A stretch of DNA of 64,000 bases, taken from assembly GCF_988243305.1 (NCBI RefSeq), contig NZ_OZ547138.1; one strand, given 5' to 3'. Each line of letters begins with the position of its first letter. Within the stretch, counting starts at the first letter, position 1. The notes beneath the pieces were generated by a model. It was not told the DNA's origin. It searched no databases and saw only the letters and a list, made by a program, of their open reading frames with translations. Both the position numbers and the translations under genes were made by a program. This DNA is from a plasmid. Below, piece by piece: positions 49,875 through 59,248 of this stretch.

Positions 49875-50690
49875 TTAACGAATTCTTGCGGTTTCTTTCA
49901 GCGCCGCCAATACCGCCAGCCCGTCGCGCAAGGGGCGCGGCTCGTGTGTGCGGATGAAGTCAGCTCCACCTGCGGCGGCGGCAAGCTCTGCAGCGAGTGT
50001 CGCGGCCCCGACATCCCCCGGACCACGGCCTGTGAGCGCGCGCAGAAAGGATTTGCGCGAAACAGACAGAAGCACCGGCAAATCGAAGCGCAGCCGCAAT
50101 TCATCGAACCGCGCCAGCACCGAGAGCGAGGTTTCGGGAGCAGCCCCCAGAAAAAACCCCATGCCGGGATCAAGGACAAGGCGGTTGCGTTTGATACCGG
50201 CACCCGTCAGCGCCGCGATGCGCGCGTCAAAGAACGCCGCAATGTGATCCATGATGTCGCCAGCGGGTGCCTCGCGCCGATCTGCCTGCCCGTCTTGCAC
50301 CGAATGCATAACGACGAGTTTGGCAGATGATTTCGCCAATTGCGGATAGAACGCAGCGTCTGGAAAACCGCGAATATCATTGAGATAGGCCACACCACGC
50401 GACAAGGCATAGGCTTGCGTCGCGGGTTGATAACTGTCGAGCGAGACGGGAATGCCATCTGCCTTGAGCGCGTCCAGCACCGGCGCGATACGCGCGATTT
50501 CTGTGTCGGACGAAACAGGCGCGGCGTCGGGATTGCTGGATGCCGGACCGAGGTCGATCACATCTGCCCCCTCGGCCATCAGCTTACGCGCCTGCGCAAT
50601 GGCTGCGTCTGGCGCCAGATACCGGCCTCCATCGGAGAAACTGTCCGAGGTTATGTTGACGATGCCGAAAATGATGAGCGATTTATTCAT
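49875..50690 (-). CDS. sul2: Sulfonamide-resistant dihydropteroate synthase Sul2
   Basis: 271 aa MNKSLIIFGIVNITSDSFSDGGRY. Confidence 0.95.
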   Translation of the reverse strand: MNKSLIIFGIVNITSDSFSDGGRYLAPDAAIAQARKLMAEGADVIDLGPASSNPDAAPVSSDTEIARIAPVLDALKADGIPVSLDSYQPATQAYALSRGVAYLNDIRGFPDAAFYPQLAKSSAKLVVMHSVQDGQADRREAPAGDIMDHIAAFFDARIAALTGAGIKRNRLVLDPGMGFFLGAAPETSLSVLARFDELRLRFDLPVLLSVSRKSFLRALTGRGPGDVGAATLAAELAAAAGGADFIRTHEPRPLRDGLAVLAALKETARIR

Positions 50691-50892
50691 GGGGGCTTCT
50701 ATAATAATAATAATCGAGCATGAGTCTCATACGGATGCTCGGGTCGAAAGGGAATCCCCAGGCGAGTAACCTGTTTGCGGTGATCCATTAGCTGCAGGAG
50801 CAGAATAGCATACATCTGGAAGCAAAGCCAGGAAAGCGGCCTATGGAGCTGTGCGGCAGCGCTCAGTAGGCAATTTTTCAAAATATTGTTAA

Positions 50893-50995
50893 GCCTTTTC
50901 TGAGCATGGTATTTTTCATGGTATTACCAATTAGCAGGAAAATAAGCCATTGAATATAAAAGATAAAAATGTCTTGTTTACAATAGAGTGGGATC
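50893..50995. repeat. ISCR2-associated end-like sequence, copy R, beyond sul2
   Basis: CATGGTATTTTTCATGG ...51 nt... CTTGTTTACAATAGAGTGGGA. Confidence 0.4.
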
Positions 50996-51146
50996 TGGGA
51001 ATTCATACCAATATCCATAGAAGTGAATCTATTACGAACGTGGGGAACCCTGGCACCATTTTTTGTGCTGCCCATATTTGTTTTCATGTATAATTCATAA
51101 TCAAAGCGTTCATCCTGATTTAGCTTAACTGATTAAAATCCGTAGA

Positions 51147-51440
51147 TTATGATTTTATCAGTTTTGTGACTTTATTTATTATGGGGAGCTTACCCAGTAT
51201 TTCGAAATTATCGGGAGAACACTTGTACCATCTGTTTGAGCCTGCAAGTATTTCTCTGTCCCATCGTCTGACCCTCTCCCCGTTTCTGAGTATGCATATC
51301 ATATAGTTTTCGGGCACCATCAGTGTCCGGGCTGCCAGAAGACTATTTTTAAACGTCAGGGAAGTGATATTGATATCTTCTCCGGAATTTTTACGATAAA
51401 TAACAGACCATGAGTTTGTTTCCGGGCTACTAATACACAT
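51147..51440 (-). CDS. Hypothetical protein downstream of trbC
   Basis: 97-aa ORF; weak support. Confidence 0.3.
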   Translation of the reverse strand: MCISSPETNSWSVIYRKNSGEDINITSLTFKNSLLAARTLMVPENYMICILRNGERVRRWDREILAGSNRWYKCSPDNFEILGKLPIINKVTKLIKS

Positions 51441-51553
51441 TTATTGTACCTCTGGTGATGGATTGAAATCCTGAATCCTCCGCTTACTATGGTGAGCGGA
51501 GGAGATTAATAATCGCGTAAAGGTTGTTATTAAAATCAGCCATACAGGTGTTA

Positions 51554-53857
51554 TCAGAATCTTTTTTTACGACTCTCTTGTTTTCCACCTGATGGTGTCT
51601 GAGCGACATTTTTTTTATGGGGCGGGGATGCAGTTAGATCCGGTACAGGTAACAGCATCTCCAGGGGGAGCAGAGTATTCAGAATCGCCTTCACTGAAGG
51701 TATATCTTCAGGACCGGAGTGTTCCTCTTCCGGACGATTCAGTGTGATATAACATACCCGGCGTTCTTCCCTGGTTGTGTTATTGATAGTGTGCACAGCC
51801 TTTTTCCACAGTTCGTTTGCCCGGGATTCGATATCTGTATCATATTGCGGAAGCAGATCCAGTGATGTCTGCGCTGTTGCCAACTGGCGCTGGAATGTAT
51901 CAATGATACGGTAAGGCTCTGTACGGTTTTTACGACGTTTACGGGATGGTTTTGCTGTCAGTACACCGATGATGCTGCTGACATGCTCCGGTGTGGGGAG
52001 CCTGCGCTGCACTGTCCTGGGGACGAGACGGCGGAGACGCTCCAGCCGGGGGGCTTCAACGGAAATATAGCGGTTGATGACCACCGGATCACTGTCGCAA
52101 CTTTTCTCGCTGTCCGGAATATACACAGAGGCTGACGGCACCACATCCCCCTGGAAAACGGTAAAGAACTCACCAGCATTCAGTCTGATCAAATCCTGCA
52201 CGTCGATTTTGCTTTCCATCTGGATGGTGATCTGGTTACCGTCCACCCAGGACTCACCCATCACACCATCGTGGCGCTGCAGGCTGCCCATTCTGGCCCG
52301 TGCCTCTTCACCGGCGGCATTTTTCACCGTTCTTGCCGTTTTGTCGTCACTGACAATGCGTCCGGCGAATTTGGTGCCGGCGTTCTGCATCAGTGTGGCG
52401 GTGTTGGTGGCGGAGGTCTGCCCTTCAATTCGCTCCTGATCCTGCGCCGTCATTATCAGGGAAAACTCCAGTGAACGTACCTGGGTGGCCTCCACAGCAA
52501 TGCGGTCTGTGTAGTAGGCACCGACTTCGTCAAGGATACAGATATAGGGGAAGCTGCCTTTGTATTTTTTGACTTCCAGGGTCTGTGCATCTGTGCCTTC
52601 CAGCCGGTAGCCCAGGTCACGGGCGAGGAGCATGCTCTGCTGGGTGACGAACATACGACCGAGTGCCGACGTGGTATGAGCCGATGTGTCCAGTGCAGGG
52701 ATCATCACAATCAGAATGCGGTCGCTGTGAATACTGTCGCGAATATCGATGTCGCCGGCATCTGCCGCAAAGACGTCCCCGAAGGTTTCGGCAAAGGTTG
52801 TGAACGTTTCCGAGAACTGACCGGAGAGATAAGCATGCTGTTTACGGGGCTCCTCAGTCCAGGCTGACGGCGTTCTCACCAGTGACATATCGAATCCCGG
52901 GACATCCTGCAGGTAGTTTCGCAGTGGTGCGATAGCTTCTTCCGGCCACTGGTCATCAAGGCCACGGCAATAGAGTTTTGCCATCCCTTCCAGCGTCATA
53001 TGTTCCCGTAACATCTGCAGGGACATGGTTTTACCTTCCCGGACGCACCAGAATTTTGTGCCAAAGACCAGGGCCTTGTTCATGGCTATCGCCCGTGACT
53101 GCCATTCACCGCCCTGAACGTTCTGGGGCAGCATGGACTGCATGGTTTCGGCGGTGAAGGCTTCGGTGCTGAATGCGAACGGGTTCCAGGTGTTTGACTG
53201 TGGGCGGGATTTTTCGCCGCTCTGAATGATTTCACTGCGGGATTTTCCGCCGTTCATGAAGTTGATGACTTCGATATCATCCTCCCTGCCAAAACGTCGG
53301 GAGAGATACCAGATTGTCCTCGTGGTATCGTTCTGTGCCTTTCCGTCAACAAAGGTAAAGCCTCTTCCCCAGCAGAGCGGGTTGAGCAGCCAGGCAAAGG
53401 TGGTTTCTGTTTTACCGCCACCGGTGGTGGCAAAAAACATGACATGCCGGGTGAGGTCATCCATGCTCAGCCAGAGCTCACGACCGATATCGTTGATACG
53501 GCGGTAACCGACATAAAAAATCCCCCGGGCGGGGAATGTTTCATCCGCTTCATACTGAAACAGGGTGGGCCAGAAGCTGAAGAGGCTTCTCCTGACCTTT
53601 CTGTCCTGGGAGGGGTCATCAAGGCTGAGTGTCATGGGCATACGCAGGGGGCATCGCCAGCGTTGCAGCATGAATATCACGGAGGTGACCAGGGTGAACA
53701 GCAGGCAGACAGGAAGGGCCAGTGGCCATATCAGCGCCGTAATGATACTGCCGGCCAGACACAGACCAGTGATGTTCAGGTTATGCAGTGCATTCCACAA
53801 CGGGTTTCCCCAGGCCGTGCGGTGTATGAGGTCAGGATTAACGTGGTGCTGGCTCAT
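51554..53857 (-). CDS. trbC: Conjugal transfer ATPase TrbC (type IVB coupling-protein-like, Walker A)
   Basis: 767 aa; N-terminal transmembrane segments, Walker A FFATTGGGKTET; trbA-trbB-trbC operon convergent with nikB. Confidence 0.8.
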   Translation of the reverse strand: MSQHHVNPDLIHRTAWGNPLWNALHNLNITGLCLAGSIITALIWPLALPVCLLFTLVTSVIFMLQRWRCPLRMPMTLSLDDPSQDRKVRRSLFSFWPTLFQYEADETFPARGIFYVGYRRINDIGRELWLSMDDLTRHVMFFATTGGGKTETTFAWLLNPLCWGRGFTFVDGKAQNDTTRTIWYLSRRFGREDDIEVINFMNGGKSRSEIIQSGEKSRPQSNTWNPFAFSTEAFTAETMQSMLPQNVQGGEWQSRAIAMNKALVFGTKFWCVREGKTMSLQMLREHMTLEGMAKLYCRGLDDQWPEEAIAPLRNYLQDVPGFDMSLVRTPSAWTEEPRKQHAYLSGQFSETFTTFAETFGDVFAADAGDIDIRDSIHSDRILIVMIPALDTSAHTTSALGRMFVTQQSMLLARDLGYRLEGTDAQTLEVKKYKGSFPYICILDEVGAYYTDRIAVEATQVRSLEFSLIMTAQDQERIEGQTSATNTATLMQNAGTKFAGRIVSDDKTARTVKNAAGEEARARMGSLQRHDGVMGESWVDGNQITIQMESKIDVQDLIRLNAGEFFTVFQGDVVPSASVYIPDSEKSCDSDPVVINRYISVEAPRLERLRRLVPRTVQRRLPTPEHVSSIIGVLTAKPSRKRRKNRTEPYRIIDTFQRQLATAQTSLDLLPQYDTDIESRANELWKKAVHTINNTTREERRVCYITLNRPEEEHSGPEDIPSVKAILNTLLPLEMLLPVPDLTASPPHKKNVAQTPSGGKQESRKKRF

Positions 53858-54962
53858 TGTGATACTCCTCGCTATCTGTTGCTTTCAGGAAGAGGCGAAC
53901 GGAAGTGGCGTCTTTCAGGATGCCGGACGGCAGGTGCCAGCCGGTATCTGATAACACCCAGGGGGTTCCGCCAAAACCGAACTGGCGGAAAGCCTGGTTA
54001 TTGACATCGATGGCAGCACGTGCGGCGGTCAGACACTGTCCATCCTGTGCGGCCGGTGCATCGCCGGTGGGGGCCATACCACTGTCAGCGGAATACAGCT
54101 GATGCCATCCGGTCGCCCGTTTTTGTGAGTCCGGTTCACACAGCAGCGGAGCAGTCCGCTTTGTACTGGACTCCCCGCCAATCACGGAGACCGGATAAAT
54201 CACCACGCTGAATTCCCGGGCCAGTTGCTTAAGCGCGGGTTCCAGCAGACGGCAGTTGATGCATGCGGGGTCAAGGAAGGCGTACAGCGTGCGTTCATGA
54301 CCAGTGGACAGGTTAATGGTGAACATCCCCCGGTCTGCGTTGCGTTTAAGTACTGTGGCCAGATTACGGCGGGCCTCAGCGGCCTGAACGTGTTGTTCTT
54401 CCGTCACTGCCGTCGGGGCGGGGGCAGAAGAAGGTTCCTGCTGTGTGGGAGCCGGGCGGGCCGGGATGCTGTTAACATGATGTTCCGTATGTGGGCGTGG
54501 TGTCTCTGTGTCGGTTACTGGTTCAGCTCTCCATTCCTGAGATGTAGGGTAAGCCAGCGTGGAAGGGGGCTCTGCCTTCATCCAGTGGTAACCTGCAACT
54601 GTCGCCGGCAGAGCAATTCCGGCGATAAAGCCACACATCAGTGTCCGCCAGAAGCCATTTTTCCGGGAGGGATGTTTTCCTTTTCCGGCATATTCGGCAT
54701 CCAGGCAGGCATCAATCGCTGAGAGCATTCTGCCGATGTGATGTCCGGGACGTTCTGCATCAACGGTATCAACAAGCACCGTTTCGGTTATTTCGCGAAA
54801 AGGGGAACTGAAGGACAGGTGCATCAGCCTGTTATTACGGTTAATCAGTGCGCCCAGTTCTGTGACTGGCAGGATGGCAATCACCTCCCGATTACCGTCA
54901 GGGTACAGGGCGATCAGGGACAGGTGTTTATTATTCAGTGTTGCAGTGTAGTGGATGGTCAT
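53838..54962 (-). CDS. trbB: Conjugal transfer protein TrbB (thioredoxin-like, CxxC)
   Basis: 374 aa with CINC motif, Pro/Thr-rich linker and a transmembrane segment. Confidence 0.7.
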   Translation of the reverse strand: MTIHYTATLNNKHLSLIALYPDGNREVIAILPVTELGALINRNNRLMHLSFSSPFREITETVLVDTVDAERPGHHIGRMLSAIDACLDAEYAGKGKHPSRKNGFWRTLMCGFIAGIALPATVAGYHWMKAEPPSTLAYPTSQEWRAEPVTDTETPRPHTEHHVNSIPARPAPTQQEPSSAPAPTAVTEEQHVQAAEARRNLATVLKRNADRGMFTINLSTGHERTLYAFLDPACINCRLLEPALKQLAREFSVVIYPVSVIGGESSTKRTAPLLCEPDSQKRATGWHQLYSADSGMAPTGDAPAAQDGQCLTAARAAIDVNNQAFRQFGFGGTPWVLSDTGWHLPSGILKDATSVRLFLKATDSEEYHNEPAPR

Positions 54963-56293
54963 TGTTCTTTTTCCTTGTCGGCGGGATGCTGTTTTTCGGT
55001 GGTTTCGGTGGTTTCGGTGGTTTCGGTGGTTTCGGTGGTTTCGGTGGTTTCGGTGGTTTCGGTGGTTTCGGTGGTTTCACCAGTGTCAGTGTCTTCGTCG
55101 TTATCATGGCGGCGGGGTATCACGTCATCCGTGAGTGACCAGCGGGTCCTGATCTGACGTTTACGATCGCGATCTGGCTGAGGTTCGTCCCATATCAGGC
55201 CCAGCCCCAGCATGTCCCGTCGAAGCCCTTCAATGGCCTCTTCCACACAGGGTTCCGGGCAGGGGAGGCCGAGACGGCTGGCTTCATTTTCTGCCCGGGC
55301 AACGGCCACCACGCCGGCCCCTTCGATGAAGCCTTTTGTGGTGTTTGCCCGGTGAAGGGCATAGAAGAGCGTCCGGTCAACGCCCTTGAGCCACAGCCAG
55401 TTCGGAGGCGTCAGGCGCAAATCATGTGCGTAAAGCCAGACCAGACCGCTGCGAACGTAACGGTGCTGCCTGAGCCACTGTTGTGCGCCTTCTGTTTTGA
55501 TGACCCGGATAAAGGCGTTTCTGGCCAGTGAATACACCGGCGTGCTGAAACGCCCCTGGTCCCGTTTACTTTTGAGCCTGCAGGAGAGATTGAGGTTGTT
55601 CATCAGGGCTACCGCTGCTTTCCGGTCACCGAGGAAGAACTGCAGGCCAAAGATGGCAAAGAGCGCTTTTTCATGTGGGGCCATGTCTTTCCAGCTGGTC
55701 AGTGGTTGCCCCAGTTGCGCCATGAAGCACTGGCGTGTGGACGCAACATCGAGCTGCATGTTGCGGATAAGGTTGTTCTGCTCCACAAAGACTTCGGGGG
55801 TTAGTGCGACACGGCGCTCGGGACGTTTTTGTCCGTGGAAGAGTCTGTTGTTGTCTCCATCAGCCAGAACGGGGGCGATCGCCGGTGACAGAGCTGAAAA
55901 AATATGGGGCAGTGTGTGGATATTCAGTGGCCTGCGGGTAAAACGGGGCTGGGCCGGATGGTGAAACCACATCCACAGAAAGCCGAATGTCATGGGAAGC
56001 AGAATCAACCAGAGGATCCCCACTGTCCGGGACATAACATCCAGCCACTGGCCGAAAGTGATGGTTGCCGCGTTGTTAGCAGTGATGGCCAGCAGGTTGT
56101 AACGGGGGGCGGCAAAGTTGTGAAAGGGCCCCCAGTCAATCATGCCCCACAGTGTGTGCAGGATCAGGCAGGAGGCGAAGACGATTTCAGGTAAAAAGCG
56201 CCAGATGATAATCGCAAAGAGCAGGCATATGGCACCGACGATATACCATATAGCCATTGGATCTTCGGCGGCAGACGTCTGTTGGTAAGACAC
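54959..56293 (-). CDS. trbA: Conjugal transfer membrane protein TrbA with C-terminal TET tandem repeat
   Basis: 444-aa polytopic membrane protein, first gene of the trb operon; C-terminus GETTETTETTETTETTETTETTETTE. Confidence 0.7.
   Translation of the reverse strand: MSYQQTSAAEDPMAIWYIVGAICLLFAIIIWRFLPEIVFASCLILHTLWGMIDWGPFHNFAAPRYNLLAITANNAATITFGQWLDVMSRTVGILWLILLPMTFGFLWMWFHHPAQPRFTRRPLNIHTLPHIFSALSPAIAPVLADGDNNRLFHGQKRPERRVALTPEVFVEQNNLIRNMQLDVASTRQCFMAQLGQPLTSWKDMAPHEKALFAIFGLQFFLGDRKAAVALMNNLNLSCRLKSKRDQGRFSTPVYSLARNAFIRVIKTEGAQQWLRQHRYVRSGLVWLYAHDLRLTPPNWLWLKGVDRTLFYALHRANTTKGFIEGAGVVAVARAENEASRLGLPCPEPCVEEAIEGLRRDMLGLGLIWDEPQPDRDRKRQIRTRWSLTDDVIPRRHDNDEDTDTGETTETTETTETTETTETTETTETTETTEKQHPADKEKEQ
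54994..55080. repeat. Tandem 9-bp repeat (GGTTTCGGT, about 9.5 copies) within the 3' end of trbA
   Basis: Perfect tandem repeats read directly; encode the (TTE)n tract on the minus strand. Confidence 0.85.
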
Positions 56294-56436
56294 GGGGATT
56301 CCTCCATCGATAAATAGATAAATTTCGGGATGAGGCTGAGTGGAATTAATGCGAACAATCGCCGGTAATGACTGGGCAGGGCTGAATTCAGCAGGGCATT
56401 TTCACAGGAACAGCAGAAGGTGGTGAGAGACAGGCA

Positions 56437-56535
56437 CAAAAAAGCCGACTGGTGAGGCCGGCTTTTTTGCGATCCCAGGGAGAGTGGGTGGCTCTGGCCC
56501 GGAGGAAGTCTCTTTTCAACTAACGTTACCAGAAT
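56437..56535 (-). ncRNA. Candidate antisense antitoxin small RNA 1 (predicted, type I TA unit 1)
   Basis: Minus-strand promoter-like TTGCGA-17-TATTCT near 56560-56590, 34-nt segment complementary to the toxin-1 5' UTR (motif 56491-56524 versus 56727-56758), terminated by a hairpin plus T-run on the minus strand (56437-56467). Confidence 0.35.
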
Positions 56536-56829
56536 ATCGTTATATTCACCTGATCGCAATCTGTTCGTTACAGTCTATTGTTCCGGGAGTAGCGATATCG
56601 CCTGAAACAAGTATAATCAGCAAGTTAGCCTTGTCTGGAGACTTACCTTCGCATCAATCCATCGGGACTATGGATCTGTGCTATTCAAAGACCTGGCCGG
56701 ACAAACAGGTGGTGCTGCGTCTGGTGCTCTGGCCGGAGGAAGTCTCTTTTCAGCTAACAATGAAAGAGCTGTTGTGACAGGCAATGTAAGAGTAAACAAC
56801 AGTGATTTCCTCCATTGATGGAGAAACGG

Positions 56830-56925
56830 ATGATTAACCTGTTAATCATCGTTCTCAGGGCGGTTGTTGCTGTGGCTAACGCAGTGATAGCAATCCTGGA
56901 ACTGATCCGGGAACTGGTTGACTGA
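56830..56925 (+). CDS. Candidate DinQ/TisB-like type I toxin, 31-aa hydrophobic peptide (copy 1)
   Basis: MINLLIIVLRAVVAVANAVIAILELIRELVD; RBS GGAG embedded in the palindrome CTCCATTGATGGAG; strong terminator downstream. Confidence 0.55.
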   Translation: MINLLIIVLRAVVAVANAVIAILELIRELVD

Positions 56926-56946
56926 TAATCCCGGAAACGTACTTAA

Positions 56947-56975
56947 GGGCAGAGGGTCACCGCCCTCTGCCCTTT
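56947..56975 (+). terminator. Rho-independent terminator of toxin unit 1
   Basis: 10-bp stem GGGCAGAGGG-tcaccg-CCCTCTGCCC followed by TTT. Confidence 0.6.
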
Positions 56976-57163
56976 AATAATCTACGGACAGATTACTTTC
57001 TGTACTTCCAGAGCCTGTTTCTGTGAGTCAAACATGAGCTGGTTTTTACCGACTACACCCAAGTAAATATATTCGATATCTCCCATTTGCCGTATTTTCG
57101 TAAAATTCAACAGGAAATATTCAACGGGAGTGAGAGAACTGCTGTCCGGGGAGGAGGTACAGA

Positions 57164-57262
57164 CGCAAAAAAACCGACTGGTGAGGCCGGTTTTTTTGCG
57201 ATTCCGGATCGAAGTTGGTAGCCCTGACCGGAAGATAACTGCCTATAACTGACTATGAAATA
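57164..57262 (-). ncRNA. Candidate antisense antitoxin small RNA 2 (predicted, type I TA unit 2)
   Basis: Minus-strand promoter-like TTGCAG-17-TATTAT near 57285-57315, segment 57221-57252 matching the toxin-2 5' UTR motif (57410-57441), hairpin plus T-run 57166-57197. Confidence 0.35.
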
Positions 57263-57513
57263 ATACGGCTGAAATAATATTTCTGCAAGCACAGTATAAG
57301 TATATACTCGGTGTGTCAGCTTTGAGGCACGTTCTTTCCGGCATATCGTTCACCGGGATGAACAGGTTGCAAGTCCTGGCCAAAACATCAGGTGGTGCTG
57401 GTTTTGGTGCTCTGGCCGGAGAAGAACTGTCTATAACTGACACTATAGAAAACGTGGCGACAGGCAATGTAAGGGCAAACCACGGTGTTCTTTCTCCATT
57501 GATGGAGAAGCGG

Positions 57514-57609
57514 ATGATTAACCTGTTAATCATCGTTCTCAGGGCGGTTGTTGCTGTGGCTAACGCAGTGATAGCAATCCTGGAACTGATCCGGGAACTG
57601 GTTGACTGA
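57514..57609 (+). CDS. Candidate DinQ/TisB-like type I toxin, 31-aa peptide (copy 2, identical coding sequence)
   Basis: Coding sequence identical to 56830-56925, same RBS palindrome and terminator. Confidence 0.55.
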   Translation: MINLLIIVLRAVVAVANAVIAILELIRELVD

Positions 57610-57630
57610 TAATCCCGGAAACGTACTTAA

Positions 57631-57659
57631 GGGCAGAGGGTCACCGCCTTCTGCCCTTT
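57631..57659 (+). terminator. Rho-independent terminator of toxin unit 2
   Basis: GGGCAGAGGG-tcaccg-CCTTCTGCCC followed by TTT. Confidence 0.6.
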
Positions 57660-57997
57660 AACAAAATATGCTCAGGTTAAAAATCGAAAACCTTCCTGCA
57701 CTTCCTGTGCCTGTTCCCGTGAGTCAAACATGAGCCGGCTTTTACCCGGAACTCCCCAGGAAATATATTCTACATCCACCCACCATTTTCCGTATTCTTC
57801 ATACGGTCCGGATATCACTTTAGTGACAAATGCATCAACCAGGTTCATTTTTACACCTTTCTGTTATTCTGCTTATTACGACCAGCAGACAGCAAATATT
57901 AAAAATAACGCGGCGGTAAAAATGGCAATTTTTTCCATGCTGTATTTTTGCCATTTATTTTCTTTGAAATGGTTTTTTTCTTCATATCAGCAAATAA

Positions 57998-58465
57998 TTA
58001 TTTCTTATTCTGTTTTCTCCAGGTCCATGGTGGTACCGGATTTTTATCTGCCCATAATCCCCGCTTCAGGGCGCGGGCATCACGCTGGAGCGGCGGGAGA
58101 GTATAGTCATTATTGTAGTCCGGGTACACCCAGGCAGCGCCGTTACGGACCTGCCAGCGATTTGCTTCTGTGCCGTCAGCGGTATAGACCCGGCCGAGAA
58201 TACGGCCATACCTGTCTGTCTGCGCGTATTGCACGGTTACGGGCTTTCCGGCCACCAGGTCCTTCAGCTGAGTGGCTGACCAGCGTCCAAAGGGCTGTTT
58301 CTTTTCCGGTGCATCAATATTAGCCAGACGGACCCTGACAGGCTTTTTGTCCTGTAATATTTCCAGCGTATCACCATCAAGAACGCGGATGACGTGCCCC
58401 TGAATCTGTGCGGCACAGAGAGAGGCGGAAAAAATAATGGTGAGTGAAAATATATATTTTATCAT
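57998..58465 (-). CDS. nuc: Secreted thermonuclease-like endonuclease (SNase family, plasmid nuc-type)
   Basis: 155 aa with signal peptide and SNase-like motifs (VIRVLDGDTLEI, RLANIDAPE, DRYGRILGRV). Confidence 0.8.
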   Translation of the reverse strand: MIKYIFSLTIIFSASLCAAQIQGHVIRVLDGDTLEILQDKKPVRVRLANIDAPEKKQPFGRWSATQLKDLVAGKPVTVQYAQTDRYGRILGRVYTADGTEANRWQVRNGAAWVYPDYNNDYTLPPLQRDARALKRGLWADKNPVPPWTWRKQNKK

Positions 58466-58567
58466 TTCATCGTCTCCTTTTTATTTATGAAAACAGGTGC
58501 AATTAATATTGCGAAATAATAACGTTCAGGTGTGTTTTTTTTGGCAGTGTGATACTTCACGCAGGGC

Positions 58568-59248
58568 ATGAATTCCAGTACGCTGATATCCGTGATGATA
58601 CGGCAACAGATATCCGGTGACGGTATGCAGGAACATATTGATTATCAGATTGAGAAATATCAGTTCAGGGCCAGGAATGAGTCACCGCGACTGATGCGCC
58701 AGTGGGAAGATGTCATGCGTGAATGCCGTGATACCGGAGCAGGAGCCAGGGAGCGGCTGCGGATTGCCTTACTTAATGTTGATTATGTGACCAGTTTTGA
58801 ACTGCCGTTTCGTCTGCTGTTAACCCGGACACCGCAGATGATTGACAGCGTGCGGCGGGAATGGCAGCTCAGCCAGAAAAAAGTTGTATTCAATGAGCGG
58901 CAGCGGGGATGTGTATACAGTCTGCAGAATGACTTATCCGGCGTGCCGGATAGCTTCAGTTACAGTCTTGCGACGCGAATACGGCGGGCGGACAGCTATG
59001 GCATGACGACGCGTTGTTTCACTGATATAGCCGGGCAGGTTAAAGCCCCGACAGCACGGCTGAAACTGGCGCTGGAAAGCGGGTTAATTGTCACCGCGCT
59101 GGATGGTCTGTTCTGGCTTGGTATTCAACGTATTGCCGCAGATGTGCAGCGGCTGCGTCAGTCCGGAATGACAATCATCACCCGGGATGTTGAGGTCTCA
59201 GACTCGCTGACCGGAACCACACGGGTTGTTTCCGGGTACAGCCTTTGA
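58568..59248 (+). CDS. Hypothetical protein (start uncertain, possibly ATG 58626)
   Basis: 226-aa ORF; no recognisable motif. Confidence 0.4.
   Translation: MNSSTLISVMIRQQISGDGMQEHIDYQIEKYQFRARNESPRLMRQWEDVMRECRDTGAGARERLRIALLNVDYVTSFELPFRLLLTRTPQMIDSVRREWQLSQKKVVFNERQRGCVYSLQNDLSGVPDSFSYSLATRIRRADSYGMTTRCFTDIAGQVKAPTARLKLALESGLIVTALDGLFWLGIQRIAADVQRLRQSGMTIITRDVEVSDSLTGTTRVVSGYSL

Noticed and set aside
54994-55080. Possibility that the 9-bp tandem repeats form a CRISPR array
   Set aside because: Repeats are contiguous with no spacers, only 9 bp long, and lie in frame within trbA; this is a coding microsatellite. No CRISPR array was seen anywhere in the window.
56484-56777. ORFs 56484-56777 (+) and 57313-57609 (+, long form) in the tandem toxin region
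   Set aside because: The 97-98-aa frames are read-throughs of the leaders; only the terminal 31-codon ORF has an RBS and conserved sequence in both units.
57730-58323. ORF 57730-58323 (+), 197 aa
   Set aside because: Overlaps the well-supported nuc gene on the opposite strand and has low-complexity composition.
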